A stretch of 37,091 nt of DNA, taken from positions 1 through 37,091 of the IMG/VR virus record IMGVR_UViG_3300025097_000021; one strand, written 5' to 3'. Source of the DNA: a virus (taxonomy: Duplodnaviria > Caudoviricetes). Positions 8,070-15,462 of this stretch are shown in pieces. The position numbers were made by a program, and so were the translations under genes. The notes under the pieces were generated by a model. The model worked only from the letters and a program-made list of their open reading frames with translations, was not told the DNA's origin and searched no databases. Numbering within the stretch: position 1 is the first letter of the stretch; every line of letters starts with the position of its first letter.

Positions 8070-8453
8070 GTGGCTAGATGGACTTATTATAAGTCTAATG
8101 GGGATTACAACGATTGGCATAGGCAATTTGAGGGTCTTGCAGGGATAGATTTGGATTTTTGTGAGGTATGTCCTAAGTGCTATGAACCATTAGCTGTAAA
8201 AGAAACTTGTTTTGATAAAAATCAGCAGTTCAAAGCTACAACCCTTACAAAAATGGTCGGAGATCGCCTAAAGATACCTGCCTTTTTGATATTCTATACT
8301 CCTTTACCCAATGACACCATGAAGTTCAGAATTAAGCGTGTGAGTGAGCCTATGACCGAAATTTATGAAGTTAATCAGGAGGAATGGTTAAAGTATTTAT
8401 ATTCGTTGCAGGAAGAACATAGGAGGTGTTGTAAATATGCAACACAAGTATGA
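8070..8453 (+). CDS. Hypothetical protein, possibly nuclease-fold with CxxC
   Basis: GTG start with AAGGAG SD; DLDFCEVCPKC..PLAVKET. Confidence 0.6.
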   Translation: MARWTYYKSNGDYNDWHRQFEGLAGIDLDFCEVCPKCYEPLAVKETCFDKNQQFKATTLTKMVGDRLKIPAFLIFYTPLPNDTMKFRIKRVSEPMTEIYEVNQEEWLKYLYSLQEEHRRCCKYATQV

Positions 8454-9177
8454 TCCTCACATTAGGGTAAAGTTTGCTCTATTTGATGACCCACAGTTTA
8501 GATCAATTCCTGAAAACCACAGATCTCACGCCTACCTGGTGTTTATATGTTTGCTAAAATTTGCTAACTCTAAAACCCTAACTTGCTATCCTCGCAAAGC
8601 CACCATTGCTGATATGTCCGGTTTATCTAGGACAACCATATATAGAGCTACACTTTGTTTGGAAAAGGCAGGCATTATAAAGAAAAAGAGATTAAAATCA
8701 ACTTTATTATATACTATAAACCCTAAGTATATTGTGGGTTATAGACCAGAGGTTTCACAGAGAAACATAGATGTTTCAGAGAGAAACATGGGTGTTTCTG
8801 TTAGACCACTATTAGAAGAACTAACATATATAACTAACATTAATACTAGCATTAACCTTTTTATAAAAGGTCTTTCAGGTAGTGGTAGCGGTAATGAACA
8901 TATTATAAAAGGATTAGCGAATAAATACTCCCCTGAACAGCTTAGACAAGCAATAATTGATAAAGATAATCCTTATTTTTGTAAAAAGGCTTTAGAGATA
9001 CAAGAAGATAAGAATAAGAGATATGTACCCAAAAATATTATATTAAAAGCTGTGGATAATGTCCGCAAAAAAACTAATTATTTCTATAAAAGTAAGGTAG
9101 CTAAAAATAAGGATAAATATGGCAGGATTTCAAAGTCGCAAGATTTATTGCGAGGCAATAGCAAAAACAAGCGGTAA
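8437..9177 (+). CDS. Replication initiator (winged-HTH, lambda O/RepA-like)
   Basis: CYPRKATIADMSGLSRTTIYRATLCLEKAGII HTH followed by an internal iteron-encoded linker. Confidence 0.7.
   Translation: MQHKYDPHIRVKFALFDDPQFRSIPENHRSHAYLVFICLLKFANSKTLTCYPRKATIADMSGLSRTTIYRATLCLEKAGIIKKKRLKSTLLYTINPKYIVGYRPEVSQRNIDVSERNMGVSVRPLLEELTYITNINTSINLFIKGLSGSGSGNEHIIKGLANKYSPEQLRQAIIDKDNPYFCKKALEIQEDKNKRYVPKNIILKAVDNVRKKTNYFYKSKVAKNKDKYGRISKSQDLLRGNSKNKR
8752..8856. repeat. Putative replication origin: three 21-bp-spaced iterons plus three AT-rich 12-13-mers
   Basis: GTTTCACAGAGAAAC (8752), GTTTCAGAGAGAAAC (8773) and GTTTCTGTTAGACCA (8794), then ACTAACATATATA/ACTAACATTAAT/ACTAGCATTAAC (8820-8856). Confidence 0.7.
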
Positions 9178-9544
9178 GCAATGCCTTGCTAAAGGTTATT
9201 ATACACCTACAAAGGATAGATTTCTTTGTATGTTTCATAGAGGCTCAAAGTCGTGGGATAATAAAACTAGAAAGTATAAAGGCTTATATAAAAACGATAG
9301 AATAAAACTAGACAATAAGGTAAAGATATTAAAGAACTTAAAAAATTTTAAACATAAAACAGATGAAGAAATCAAACAGTATATCAACCAAGAAAAACAA
9401 CGTGCCAATAGCACTTTCGGATATAGAACAAAATACTATACTAGATCAATTACACAATGGCGTGGTCGCTTACGAAATAGCAAAACAAAAACAGATCAAA
9501 TTGAAAACTTTATACGACTACTTGGACAAAAACCCAAAGTTTAA
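9119..9544 (+). CDS. HGGxSTG-like Zn-binding basic protein
   Basis: CEAIAKTSGKQCLAKG...LCMFHRGSKS resembles CGAKTRSG.PC...CRLHGG.STG. Confidence 0.55.
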   Translation: MAGFQSRKIYCEAIAKTSGKQCLAKGYYTPTKDRFLCMFHRGSKSWDNKTRKYKGLYKNDRIKLDNKVKILKNLKNFKHKTDEEIKQYINQEKQRANSTFGYRTKYYTRSITQWRGRLRNSKTKTDQIENFIRLLGQKPKV

Positions 9545-9836
9545 GGAACAATTTAATAAGGCACAAGAACGAGGCATTAAAACATTAGTTGAAAAAATGT
9601 GTGTAATATTTGATAGAGATAATGTTTCTTTAGATAATAATGAGTTGCTATTTATTAGAGAAAAAAAGGACTGGTTAAAATTTATTGCACCAAGACTTTC
9701 ATCTTTGTTCGTAGAAAAGACAAAATCTGAGGTAAAGCAGGACACTCAGCTTCGAGTAATGTGGTCAGATACTCCTGATCTGCTGGACCTAGACGCTGCA
9801 GAAATTGCTGATATAGAACACCCCTCGCCAAAATAA
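9402..9836 (+). CDS. terS: Terminase small subunit (Sf6 gp1-like)
   Basis: HTH (ILDQLHNG..EIAK..TLYDYL), FKEQFNKAQERG helix and C-terminal LRVMW strand. Probable GTG start at 9402; the ORF is open from 9363. Confidence 0.65.
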   Translation: MPIALSDIEQNTILDQLHNGVVAYEIAKQKQIKLKTLYDYLDKNPKFKEQFNKAQERGIKTLVEKMCVIFDRDNVSLDNNELLFIREKKDWLKFIAPRLSSLFVEKTKSEVKQDTQLRVMWSDTPDLLDLDAAEIADIEHPSPK

Positions 9837-9866
9837 AATGGGAAAGGGTTTTAAGTTTTAACTCAT

Positions 9867-10520
9867 TCATAAAAATCTATAACTAGAACTTCTTGTTCTT
9901 TCTTTTTCTTTTTCTACTCTTTCATAAAAAGGTTTAAAAGAATCATAATTAATAAACATTATACTATGTAATTTTAAAGCAAATCTATTTATTTCTTTTT
10001 CTTTTTGTTCTTCATTTTTTCTAGTCTTTCCTATTGTTGAGTTGGATTTAATATAATGTTTTGCTAAATTAAAAGTATTTCCCATTGAATAATAATTTTT
10101 TAAGGCATTTTGAGAAAATAGTATTTCGTATGTATATAAATTTCTTCTAAATTCTTTTCGCAGTATTTCTCTTAATCTTTTATTATCATTATTCATGTAA
10201 TAATTAGAATTATGTTGCTGATTATAATAAGGTTTCCAATAAGTAATTAAATCTATTTCTAGTTTATCCATTTCCTGTACTGTATTACAAGGAATGAAAG
10301 TAATTAATTCACAACCATAATCTTTACAGTTTTCATTTTGTTTTGATTTAATTTTTTCTTCTAAAGAGCTTGGTGTTCTTTTCCAATAATCTTTTGACTT
10401 ACCTATATAAACAACTTCCTCATATTGTTTATTAATTCCACAATAAACACCCATTCTATTTGTTAATGGTATGCTTTTTTGTAGCAAATAACCAATACTA
10501 TATGCTTTTTCTATTAGCAC
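9867..10520 (-). CDS. GIY-YIG nuclease domain protein
   Basis: GVY...VVYIGKS...KR...LEIDLI...KPYYN motifs. Confidence 0.7.
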   Translation of the reverse strand: MLIEKAYSIGYLLQKSIPLTNRMGVYCGINKQYEEVVYIGKSKDYWKRTPSSLEEKIKSKQNENCKDYGCELITFIPCNTVQEMDKLEIDLITYWKPYYNQQHNSNYYMNNDNKRLREILRKEFRRNLYTYEILFSQNALKNYYSMGNTFNLAKHYIKSNSTIGKTRKNEEQKEKEINRFALKLHSIMFINYDSFKPFYERVEKEKERTRSSSYRFL

Positions 10521-10528
10521 TTGTTTAT

Positions 10529-10699
10529 TTATTCAACTGGAGTAAAACCATCTTTTTTATTCCATGTATTCACTATTTTTTCATTGGTTGAATTATCTAA
10601 ATAAACAACCCAATCTCCAATAGTAATATATAAGCAATTTTTTGATCTTACATCAACTGTAATACCTTTTATTTTCTTTTTAATAAATTTATTTTTCAT
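10529..10699 (-). CDS. 56-aa early hypothetical protein (not in ORF track)
   Basis: MKNKFIKRKIKGITVDVRSKNCLYITIGDWVVYLDNSTNEKIVNTW...; GAAAGGAAAG SD. Confidence 0.55.
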   Translation of the reverse strand: MKNKFIKKKIKGITVDVRSKNCLYITIGDWVVYLDNSTNEKIVNTWNKKDGFTPVE

Positions 10700-10859
10700 C
10701 TTTCCTTTCGTTTGTTTGTTGATTATTTTCTAATTCAAATATTTTTTGCCTATGTTCAAAATATCTTTTTCTAAAAACTATATTTTGATGCCATAATATT
10801 GAATTTTCTTCTTCTAGTTTTCTTTTATATTTTCTTAATTTAGCTTTTAGTCTTTTCAC

Positions 10860-11048
10860 TTATTTGTTTTTTGGTATTAATATTTTATCATATCTTTTTA
10901 ACATATTTCTTAAATCCCAATCTTTTTTAATTTCTTTTTTTAAAATATAAATTTCTGATGGGTCATTACAAATATCTGTTAATACATTTGCAATCCATTT
11001 AGGATAATCATCATCTAAATATTTATTTACCATTTCTTTTGTTATCAT
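10860..11048 (-). CDS. Early hypothetical protein
   Basis: 62 aa, AAAGGA SD. Confidence 0.55.
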   Translation of the reverse strand: MITKEMVNKYLDDDYPKWIANVLTDICNDPSEIYILKKEIKKDWDLRNMLKRYDKILIPKNK

Positions 11049-11064
11049 TTTTTATTCCTTTCTT

Positions 11065-11274
11065 TTATTTATGATATTTAGCTTCTCTTTTAATCATTAC
11101 ATCAACACCGATATTTTGAAGTAATTCCTCTTTAAACTCGGTAATTTCTTTTTGTAATTTTTTATGATCTTTAATGTTTTCAAAATCATAAATCCTATCA
11201 GCTACATAAAAAATACATATTCGGTCATCTGGTATATATTTTTTATCATCATCTTTTTTTGTTTTTTTAGTCAT
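11065..11274 (-). CDS. Early hypothetical protein
   Basis: 69 aa, GAGGA SD. Confidence 0.55.
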   Translation of the reverse strand: MTKKTKKDDDKKYIPDDRICIFYVADRIYDFENIKDHKKLQKEITEFKEELLQNIGVDVMIKREAKYHK

Positions 11275-11295
11275 TATTCCTCACTTTCATTTTGT

Positions 11296-11445
11296 CTATT
11301 TATATCTCACTTGGTTTAATCTTTTAAATTCATCACAATTTTCACACCACAATTTTAATACAAACCATTTCATATATTCTAAAATAGTGTGATTACATTT
11401 TTTACATACTACTTGAATTTCCATTGTAGGTTTATTTGTTGTCAT
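11296..11445 (-). CDS. Small zinc-ribbon protein
   Basis: CKKC...CENC. Likely start at MTTNKP (ATGA coupling). Confidence 0.5.
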   Translation of the reverse strand: MTTNKPTMEIQVVCKKCNHTILEYMKWFVLKLWCENCDEFKRLNQVRYK

Positions 11446-11678
11446 TTTAATAATATTTCTTTTTCTGTTTTTGCATTGTGAACTTGCCAACCAAAAAACT
11501 CACAAATATTTGCTAGTGTTTCTTTTTTCCAAAGTTTTAAATCGCTTTTTTCTATATCTACCGAGTGAAAATCTAATAAAGTTTTTTTAATTTCTCGTAG
11601 AGATTTAAAAGTATTACCACTATGAAAGTAGTAATTATTTTGATTATCCCATACTTTGTAATTAGGTTTATCTGTCAT
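11442..11678 (-). CDS. Early hypothetical protein
   Basis: 78 aa in the tightly packed minus-strand block. Confidence 0.55.
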   Translation of the reverse strand: MTDKPNYKVWDNQNNYYFHSGNTFKSLREIKKTLLDFHSVDIEKSDLKLWKKETLANICEFFGWQVHNAKTEKEILLK

Positions 11679-11679
11679 T

Positions 11680-11865
11680 TTACTTGCCTGTTATTTTTTC
11701 TATTTTATCTAATTTTTTTAATCTTTGAGATACATATTTCATATCTCTAATACAAGCATTTACATCTGCGTCACCATCATAATCAACTCTTTCAAAATGC
11801 TCTTGTAAATACATATCAAAATTATTTAAATCTGAATGTATTGTTTTTACAAAATAGTCTTTCAT
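11680..11865 (-). CDS. Early hypothetical protein
   Basis: 61 aa, AACAACAAAAGAAAGGAAAAC leader. Confidence 0.55.
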   Translation of the reverse strand: MKDYFVKTIHSDLNNFDMYLQEHFERVDYDGDADVNACIRDMKYVSQRLKKLDKIEKITGK

Positions 11866-11888
11866 GTTTTCCTTTCTTTTGTTGTTTT

Positions 11889-12104
11889 TTATTGATACCT
11901 ATAAACTGACATTTCTTCAAAAACACCGCTTATAGTTGTTTTACAACCTACTGACATTTCTTTAATATCTTTTACATCTTGTTCATCAAATCCATTGTCT
12001 ATTGATATTGCTTTTTCATTAACATAATCAATTTTCGGTTTATTGCCTTCGTTTATTTGATAACCACACCAAAAAACAAAAGCAAATTTTTTATCTTTTT
12101 TCAT
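11889..12104 (-). CDS. Early hypothetical protein
   Basis: 71 aa, GAAAGGAAA SD. Confidence 0.55.
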   Translation of the reverse strand: MKKDKKFAFVFWCGYQINEGNKPKIDYVNEKAISIDNGFDEQDVKDIKEMSVGCKTTISGVFEEMSVYRYQ

Positions 12105-12322
12105 TTTTTCCTTTCAAGATAATAAACATCATCATCAATGTCTATTTTAGCTTGTTTTATAGTATCATATTGTATTCCACCTATTTCCCAAAATGGATCT
12201 TTTTTAAACTCTTTGCACACAATATAATATTGTTTTTGGTCTTTGTGATACATTTCACAAATCTCAAAACCTTTATAGTGTTCTACCGGCATTTGTTCCT
12301 TTCTTTTGTTTTTCTTTTTCAT
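12101..12322 (-). CDS. Early hypothetical protein
   Basis: 73 aa ending AKIDID. A second GAAAGGA SD precedes the internal MPVEH start. Confidence 0.55.
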   Translation of the reverse strand: MKKKNKRKEQMPVEHYKGFEICEMYHKDQKQYYIVCKEFKKDPFWEIGGIQYDTIKQAKIDIDDDVYYLERKK

Positions 12323-12442
12323 AAAAAGTATTTTTATTTATTTCTATGTATGAAAGAGAATTATGTTTTAAATATGTTAATAGTTTGTTCTTTTTATTTT
12401 CATTAACATTTTTTAATCTTATTATTATTAAATCATTTACCA

Positions 12443-12541
12443 TTATTTATGACCTTTAAGCATTAACCATACTAGCATAACAAATAAAAACGATAATAAG
12501 GTTTGTAGCTCTATTGGTGTATTTAAAAATATATCAATCAT
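12443..12541 (-). CDS. 32-aa membrane peptide (not in ORF track)
   Basis: MIDIFLNTPIELQTLLSFLFVMLVWLMLKGHK. Confidence 0.45.
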   Translation of the reverse strand: MIDIFLNTPIELQTLLSFLFVMLVWLMLKGHK

Positions 12542-12659
12542 TCCTTTTTTTCTCACACTCCTCACAAAAAATAGGTTCTTCGCCATTTTTTTCATACCAC
12601 TTTAAACATTCCTCATTGAGTTCAATTTTTTCGCAATCATCACAAAAGTATTTAATCAT
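12534..12659 (-). CDS. 41-aa zinc-finger peptide (not in ORF track)
   Basis: MIKYFCDDC...FCEECEKKRND; ATGA coupling. Confidence 0.5.
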   Translation of the reverse strand: MIKYFCDDCEKIELNEECLKWYEKNGEEPIFCEECEKKRND

Positions 12660-12805
12660 ACATTTAACCAAGTTTTTTGTTTTTCTATTAGTTGTTTTTG
12701 TTGTTCTTTATAAAGTTTATTTCCTTTATAATTCTTATAAAATCCATAACCGGCGCAGTTGTTTAAAAGTAATAGCATAGATACTATCATAATAATTTTA
12801 ATCAT
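12656..12805 (-). CDS. Small putative lipoprotein
   Basis: MIKIIMIVSMLLLLNNC signal with lipobox-like Cys; GAAAGGA SD upstream of 12805. Confidence 0.5.
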   Translation of the reverse strand: MIKIIMIVSMLLLLNNCAGYGFYKNYKGNKLYKEQQKQLIEKQKTWLNV

Positions 12806-12885
12806 AATGCACCAGTTCCTTTCATACCTAAATATGCTAGTATTCCAATTACACAAATACCTATTAAAAAATATATACAAATCAT
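12802..12885 (-). CDS. 27-aa membrane peptide (not in ORF track)
   Basis: MICIYFLIGICVIGILAYLGMKGTGAL; AGGAG SD. Confidence 0.5.
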   Translation of the reverse strand: MICIYFLIGICVIGILAYLGMKGTGAL

Positions 12886-12886
12886 T

Positions 12887-12967
12887 TTAAAATACTCCTA
12901 ACAAAGTTAAAAGAATATAAGTGATTAAAATAATTGCAAGATTGCAAAAAATTAATTCTTTACTCAT
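12887..12967 (-). CDS. 26-aa membrane peptide (not in ORF track)
   Basis: MSKELIFCNLAIILITYILLTLLGVF; GGAAAGGAAA SD. Confidence 0.5.
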   Translation of the reverse strand: MSKELIFCNLAIILITYILLTLLGVF

Positions 12968-13114
12968 TTTTTTCCTTTCCTATTTGTTTTTATATGTAGC
13001 AATGCCATAAAAATTTAATTGTTAATAATATAATACAAAGTTGCCAAAGTTTTATATTTGTTGTGCTTAATATTCCACCACTCATTACCGATATAAACAT
13101 AATTAAGTTATTCA

Positions 13115-13432
13115 TTATGTAGAAAAACCTGTATAGTTCTTATAAAAACTATCACCGGTATTCAAATCAGTTAATATATATTCACCTGATTTTATTTTCT
13201 TTTTAGTGTCTTTTATAGTTTCGCCTAAAAATATATTTCTATATTTTCCAGTTGTTGTGCTATAGTTCCAATATTTTTGATCTAAATAAACACCATATTT
13301 ATTATTTTCATATCCTTTTTTTACAATCATTGATGAATAAGATTGAAAATATTTATTATCTTCATTATCAGTAATTATAAATTGATTGGCTATTTTATTT
13401 CCATTATTGCTAGTTATGTTTTCTACTTTCAT
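13115..13432 (-). CDS. Conserved early phage protein
   Basis: NQFII...FQSYSSMI...YWNYSTTTGKYRN.FL motif common in phage early genes. Confidence 0.65.
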   Translation of the reverse strand: MKVENITSNNGNKIANQFIITDNEDNKYFQSYSSMIVKKGYENNKYGVYLDQKYWNYSTTTGKYRNIFLGETIKDTKKKIKSGEYILTDLNTGDSFYKNYTGFST

Positions 13433-13434
13433 TG

Positions 13435-13497
13435 TTTTTTTCCTTTCATTGTTTAATTTAACTTAATAAATAAATATGTCTAAAATTAGGCATTAAA
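13435..13497 (-). promoter_or_regulatory. Early promoter-leader repeat, copy 1
   Basis: Minus strand GCCTAATTTTAGACA-N16-TAAATTAAACAATGAAAGGAAAAA. Confidence 0.7.
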
Positions 13498-13647
13498 AGT
13501 CATATTAAAATTATACTTTTTTAAGATTATTTCTATTTGATAAAAATCCTCATAGTTAATAGCGTCTAAATATTTTTTATAATCTTCAAGCGTCATTATT
13601 TTTTTTAAGTCTTTTTTATCATTTATATTTTTAGGCTTAAATGTCAT
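13486..13647 (-). CDS. 53-aa early protein (not in ORF track)
   Basis: MTFKPKNINDKKDLKKIMTLEDYKKYLDAINYEDF...FNA. AACAATGAAAGGA leader; the stop codon lies within repeat copy 1. Confidence 0.55.
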   Translation of the reverse strand: MTFKPKNINDKKDLKKIMTLEDYKKYLDAINYEDFYQIEIILKKYNFNMTFNA

Positions 13648-14003
13648 AAGTTCCTTTCATTGTTTATTTTTATTTCTTTTTTGAAATCCTCTAGCCATTT
13701 ATTATTTTTAATCTCAATAGGTTTATCAAAATCATCAACTATACTATCGTAATCCATGTTTTTATATTTATCTAATTGCATTACATAATCCTGGCAATCA
13801 CTGTTAAGATCATCAAAATAATCTTCTTGATTAATTGCACTTGATACATCAACCCATTTTTTAACAAATCTACCTTGACCGGTAAACATGTTAAATTCAT
13901 GTACTCGAACAAGTGCATTTTTTGGATTAAGTGCAATACTTTCAATTTTATCAAAATCATCATTTATTACAGCTTGGTCCATTTTTTCATTTATTTCTGT
14001 CAT
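13644..14003 (-). CDS. Acidic early hypothetical protein
   Basis: 119 aa, directly downstream of repeat copy 2. Confidence 0.6.
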   Translation of the reverse strand: MTEINEKMDQAVINDDFDKIESIALNPKNALVRVHEFNMFTGQGRFVKKWVDVSSAINQEDYFDDLNSDCQDYVMQLDKYKNMDYDSIVDDFDKPIEIKNNKWLEDFKKEIKINNERNL

Positions 14004-14064
14004 TTTTTCCTTTCATTGTTTAATTTAAGTTATTAAATAAATATGTTTAAAATTAGGCATTAAA
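14004..14064 (-). promoter_or_regulatory. Early promoter-leader repeat, copy 2
   Basis: Minus strand GCCTAATTTTAAACA-N16-TAAATTAAACAATGAAAGGAAAAA. Confidence 0.7.
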
Positions 14065-14069
14065 TTTAA

Positions 14070-14363
14070 TTAATATGCTTGTATTATTAACCTTTCACTA
14101 TCTGGTATTTCAATAACTGTTGTATGATCTCTTAAATCATCAAGATCTTTTATATCTTGATAATTCTCTTTTACTTCTTTCAGGTTTTCATATTCATCAT
14201 ATTCACATCTAAAAGCAACTGGATCAAAATCTAATTCTTGATCGCAATCCTCTTCATATTGTGTTAAATGTTCAAAAAGAGCTTTTGCACCATAATAGCT
14301 AAATCCGTGATCTTTTTTGCTCATTTCATCTACAAATTGATATTCTTGAATTGTGTCTTTCAT
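14070..14363 (-). CDS. Highly acidic early protein (candidate DNA mimic/anti-restriction)
   Basis: About 27 D+E versus about 10 K+R in 97 aa (hand count); FSY.G..ALFE.L...ELDFDPVAFRCEY motif. Confidence 0.55.
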   Translation of the reverse strand: MKDTIQEYQFVDEMSKKDHGFSYYGAKALFEHLTQYEEDCDQELDFDPVAFRCEYDEYENLKEVKENYQDIKDLDDLRDHTTVIEIPDSERLIIQAY

Positions 14364-14385
14364 TGTTTCCTTTCAGTTGTTTTTA

Positions 14386-14571
14386 TTATATTAAATTTTC
14401 ATTTACATAATCGCTTAATCTTTCGCTTATACTTTTAAGATCAGCATTTTTACCTTTTATAAGTAAATGAAACATATTTTTAAATGTTTTATCTTCTAGC
14501 AGCATATTAAAATCAGCTGTTGTTTTATCTTCAACCCTTGCTATAATTGATCTTACTTCTACATTTGTCAT
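14386..14571 (-). CDS. Early hypothetical protein
   Basis: 61 aa downstream of repeat copy 3. Confidence 0.55.
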   Translation of the reverse strand: MTNVEVRSIIARVEDKTTADFNMLLEDKTFKNMFHLLIKGKNADLKSISERLSDYVNENLI

Positions 14572-14625
14572 TTTTTCCTTTCATTGTTAATTTAACCTAA
14601 TTTATAAATGTGTCTAAAATTAGGC
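14572..14625 (-). promoter_or_regulatory. Early promoter-leader repeat, copy 3
   Basis: Minus strand GCCTAATTTTAGACA-N16-TAAATTAACAATGAAAGGAAAAA. Confidence 0.7.
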
Positions 14626-14898
14626 GTTTATTCTCTTAAATATAGGGTCATTCATATAGTTTAATGCTACATGATTTGTCTTATAGTTAATTGAATAGCC
14701 TTTAGATTTAAGTATTTTATCTAATTTATATCCATCACAATCTTCTTCAAAATAATAACAAGCGTTATTGTCATTATAATAAGAATATTTTGAAAACTCT
14801 TTTATATCTATATCAAGTCCTTCAAGATCATATTTTGATATTTGAATATAACCATGAGATTGATTGTCTATAAATTTAAGCGTTATTTCTTTTGTCAT
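14620..14898 (-). CDS. Conserved early phage protein (HG...SY...EEDCD motif)
   Basis: SHGYIQI...FSKYSY...YYFEEDCD; CAACTGAAAGGAAA leader. Confidence 0.6.
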   Translation of the reverse strand: MTKEITLKFIDNQSHGYIQISKYDLEGLDIDIKEFSKYSYYNDNNACYYFEEDCDGYKLDKILKSKGYSINYKTNHVALNYMNDPIFKRINA

Positions 14899-15024
14899 AG
14901 TTTCCTTTCAGTTGATTTGTTGGTTTTCATTCCTTTTGTTGTTAAATATTATTAAATTAAATGGTACTTTAAAAACATTTCTAGAAAACCAACCAAAAGT
15001 ATTTTTCCATTCATTTAATAACAT

Positions 15025-15462
15025 GATTAAAGATAATAAAAAGATAAGGCAGAATTAAGGCAGGAATAGAAATATATTTAATTGTATTGAATTGGTTAAA
15101 TAGGTTAAATGTTCGTATCAATATATAAGAAGAGAGATTTTTATTCCTCGCATATAAGATCGGTCAGCATTACTGACCTATATATAAAAGATTAAGAGCT
15201 TTAGAGTTTCCGATAAATAAAAGTTATCAGAACTAATAGAGTTGTTAAAGGTTTTTCCCTGCTGATTAGGTGAATTTTAAAAAGCTTACCCCCCCTATAC
15301 ACCCAAGATCGCCACACTTTTTATTATATATATATACATGGGACTGTAGGACACCCTTAGACAAAGACATCCACACACATCTCAAAACAACCCACCACCT
15401 TTTCCACACCTTGCTAGACCTTTTTCTTTTACTATTTTTTTTAAATATACTATATGTAGTAT
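15025..15462. other. Non-coding divergent control region; candidate packaging site/genome terminus
   Basis: No credible ORF. Contains a TAAGGCAG direct repeat, a GGTCAG/CTGACC hairpin (15162-15178), an inverted repeat at 15205-15234, a C7 run, a (TA)n run and C-rich strand-biased tracts. Confidence 0.5.

Noticed and set aside
13435-14625. CRISPR array or integron attC interpretation of the early repeats
   Set aside because: Spacing is about 570 bp with whole genes between copies, the repeats are not palindromic, and no cas or integrase gene is present.
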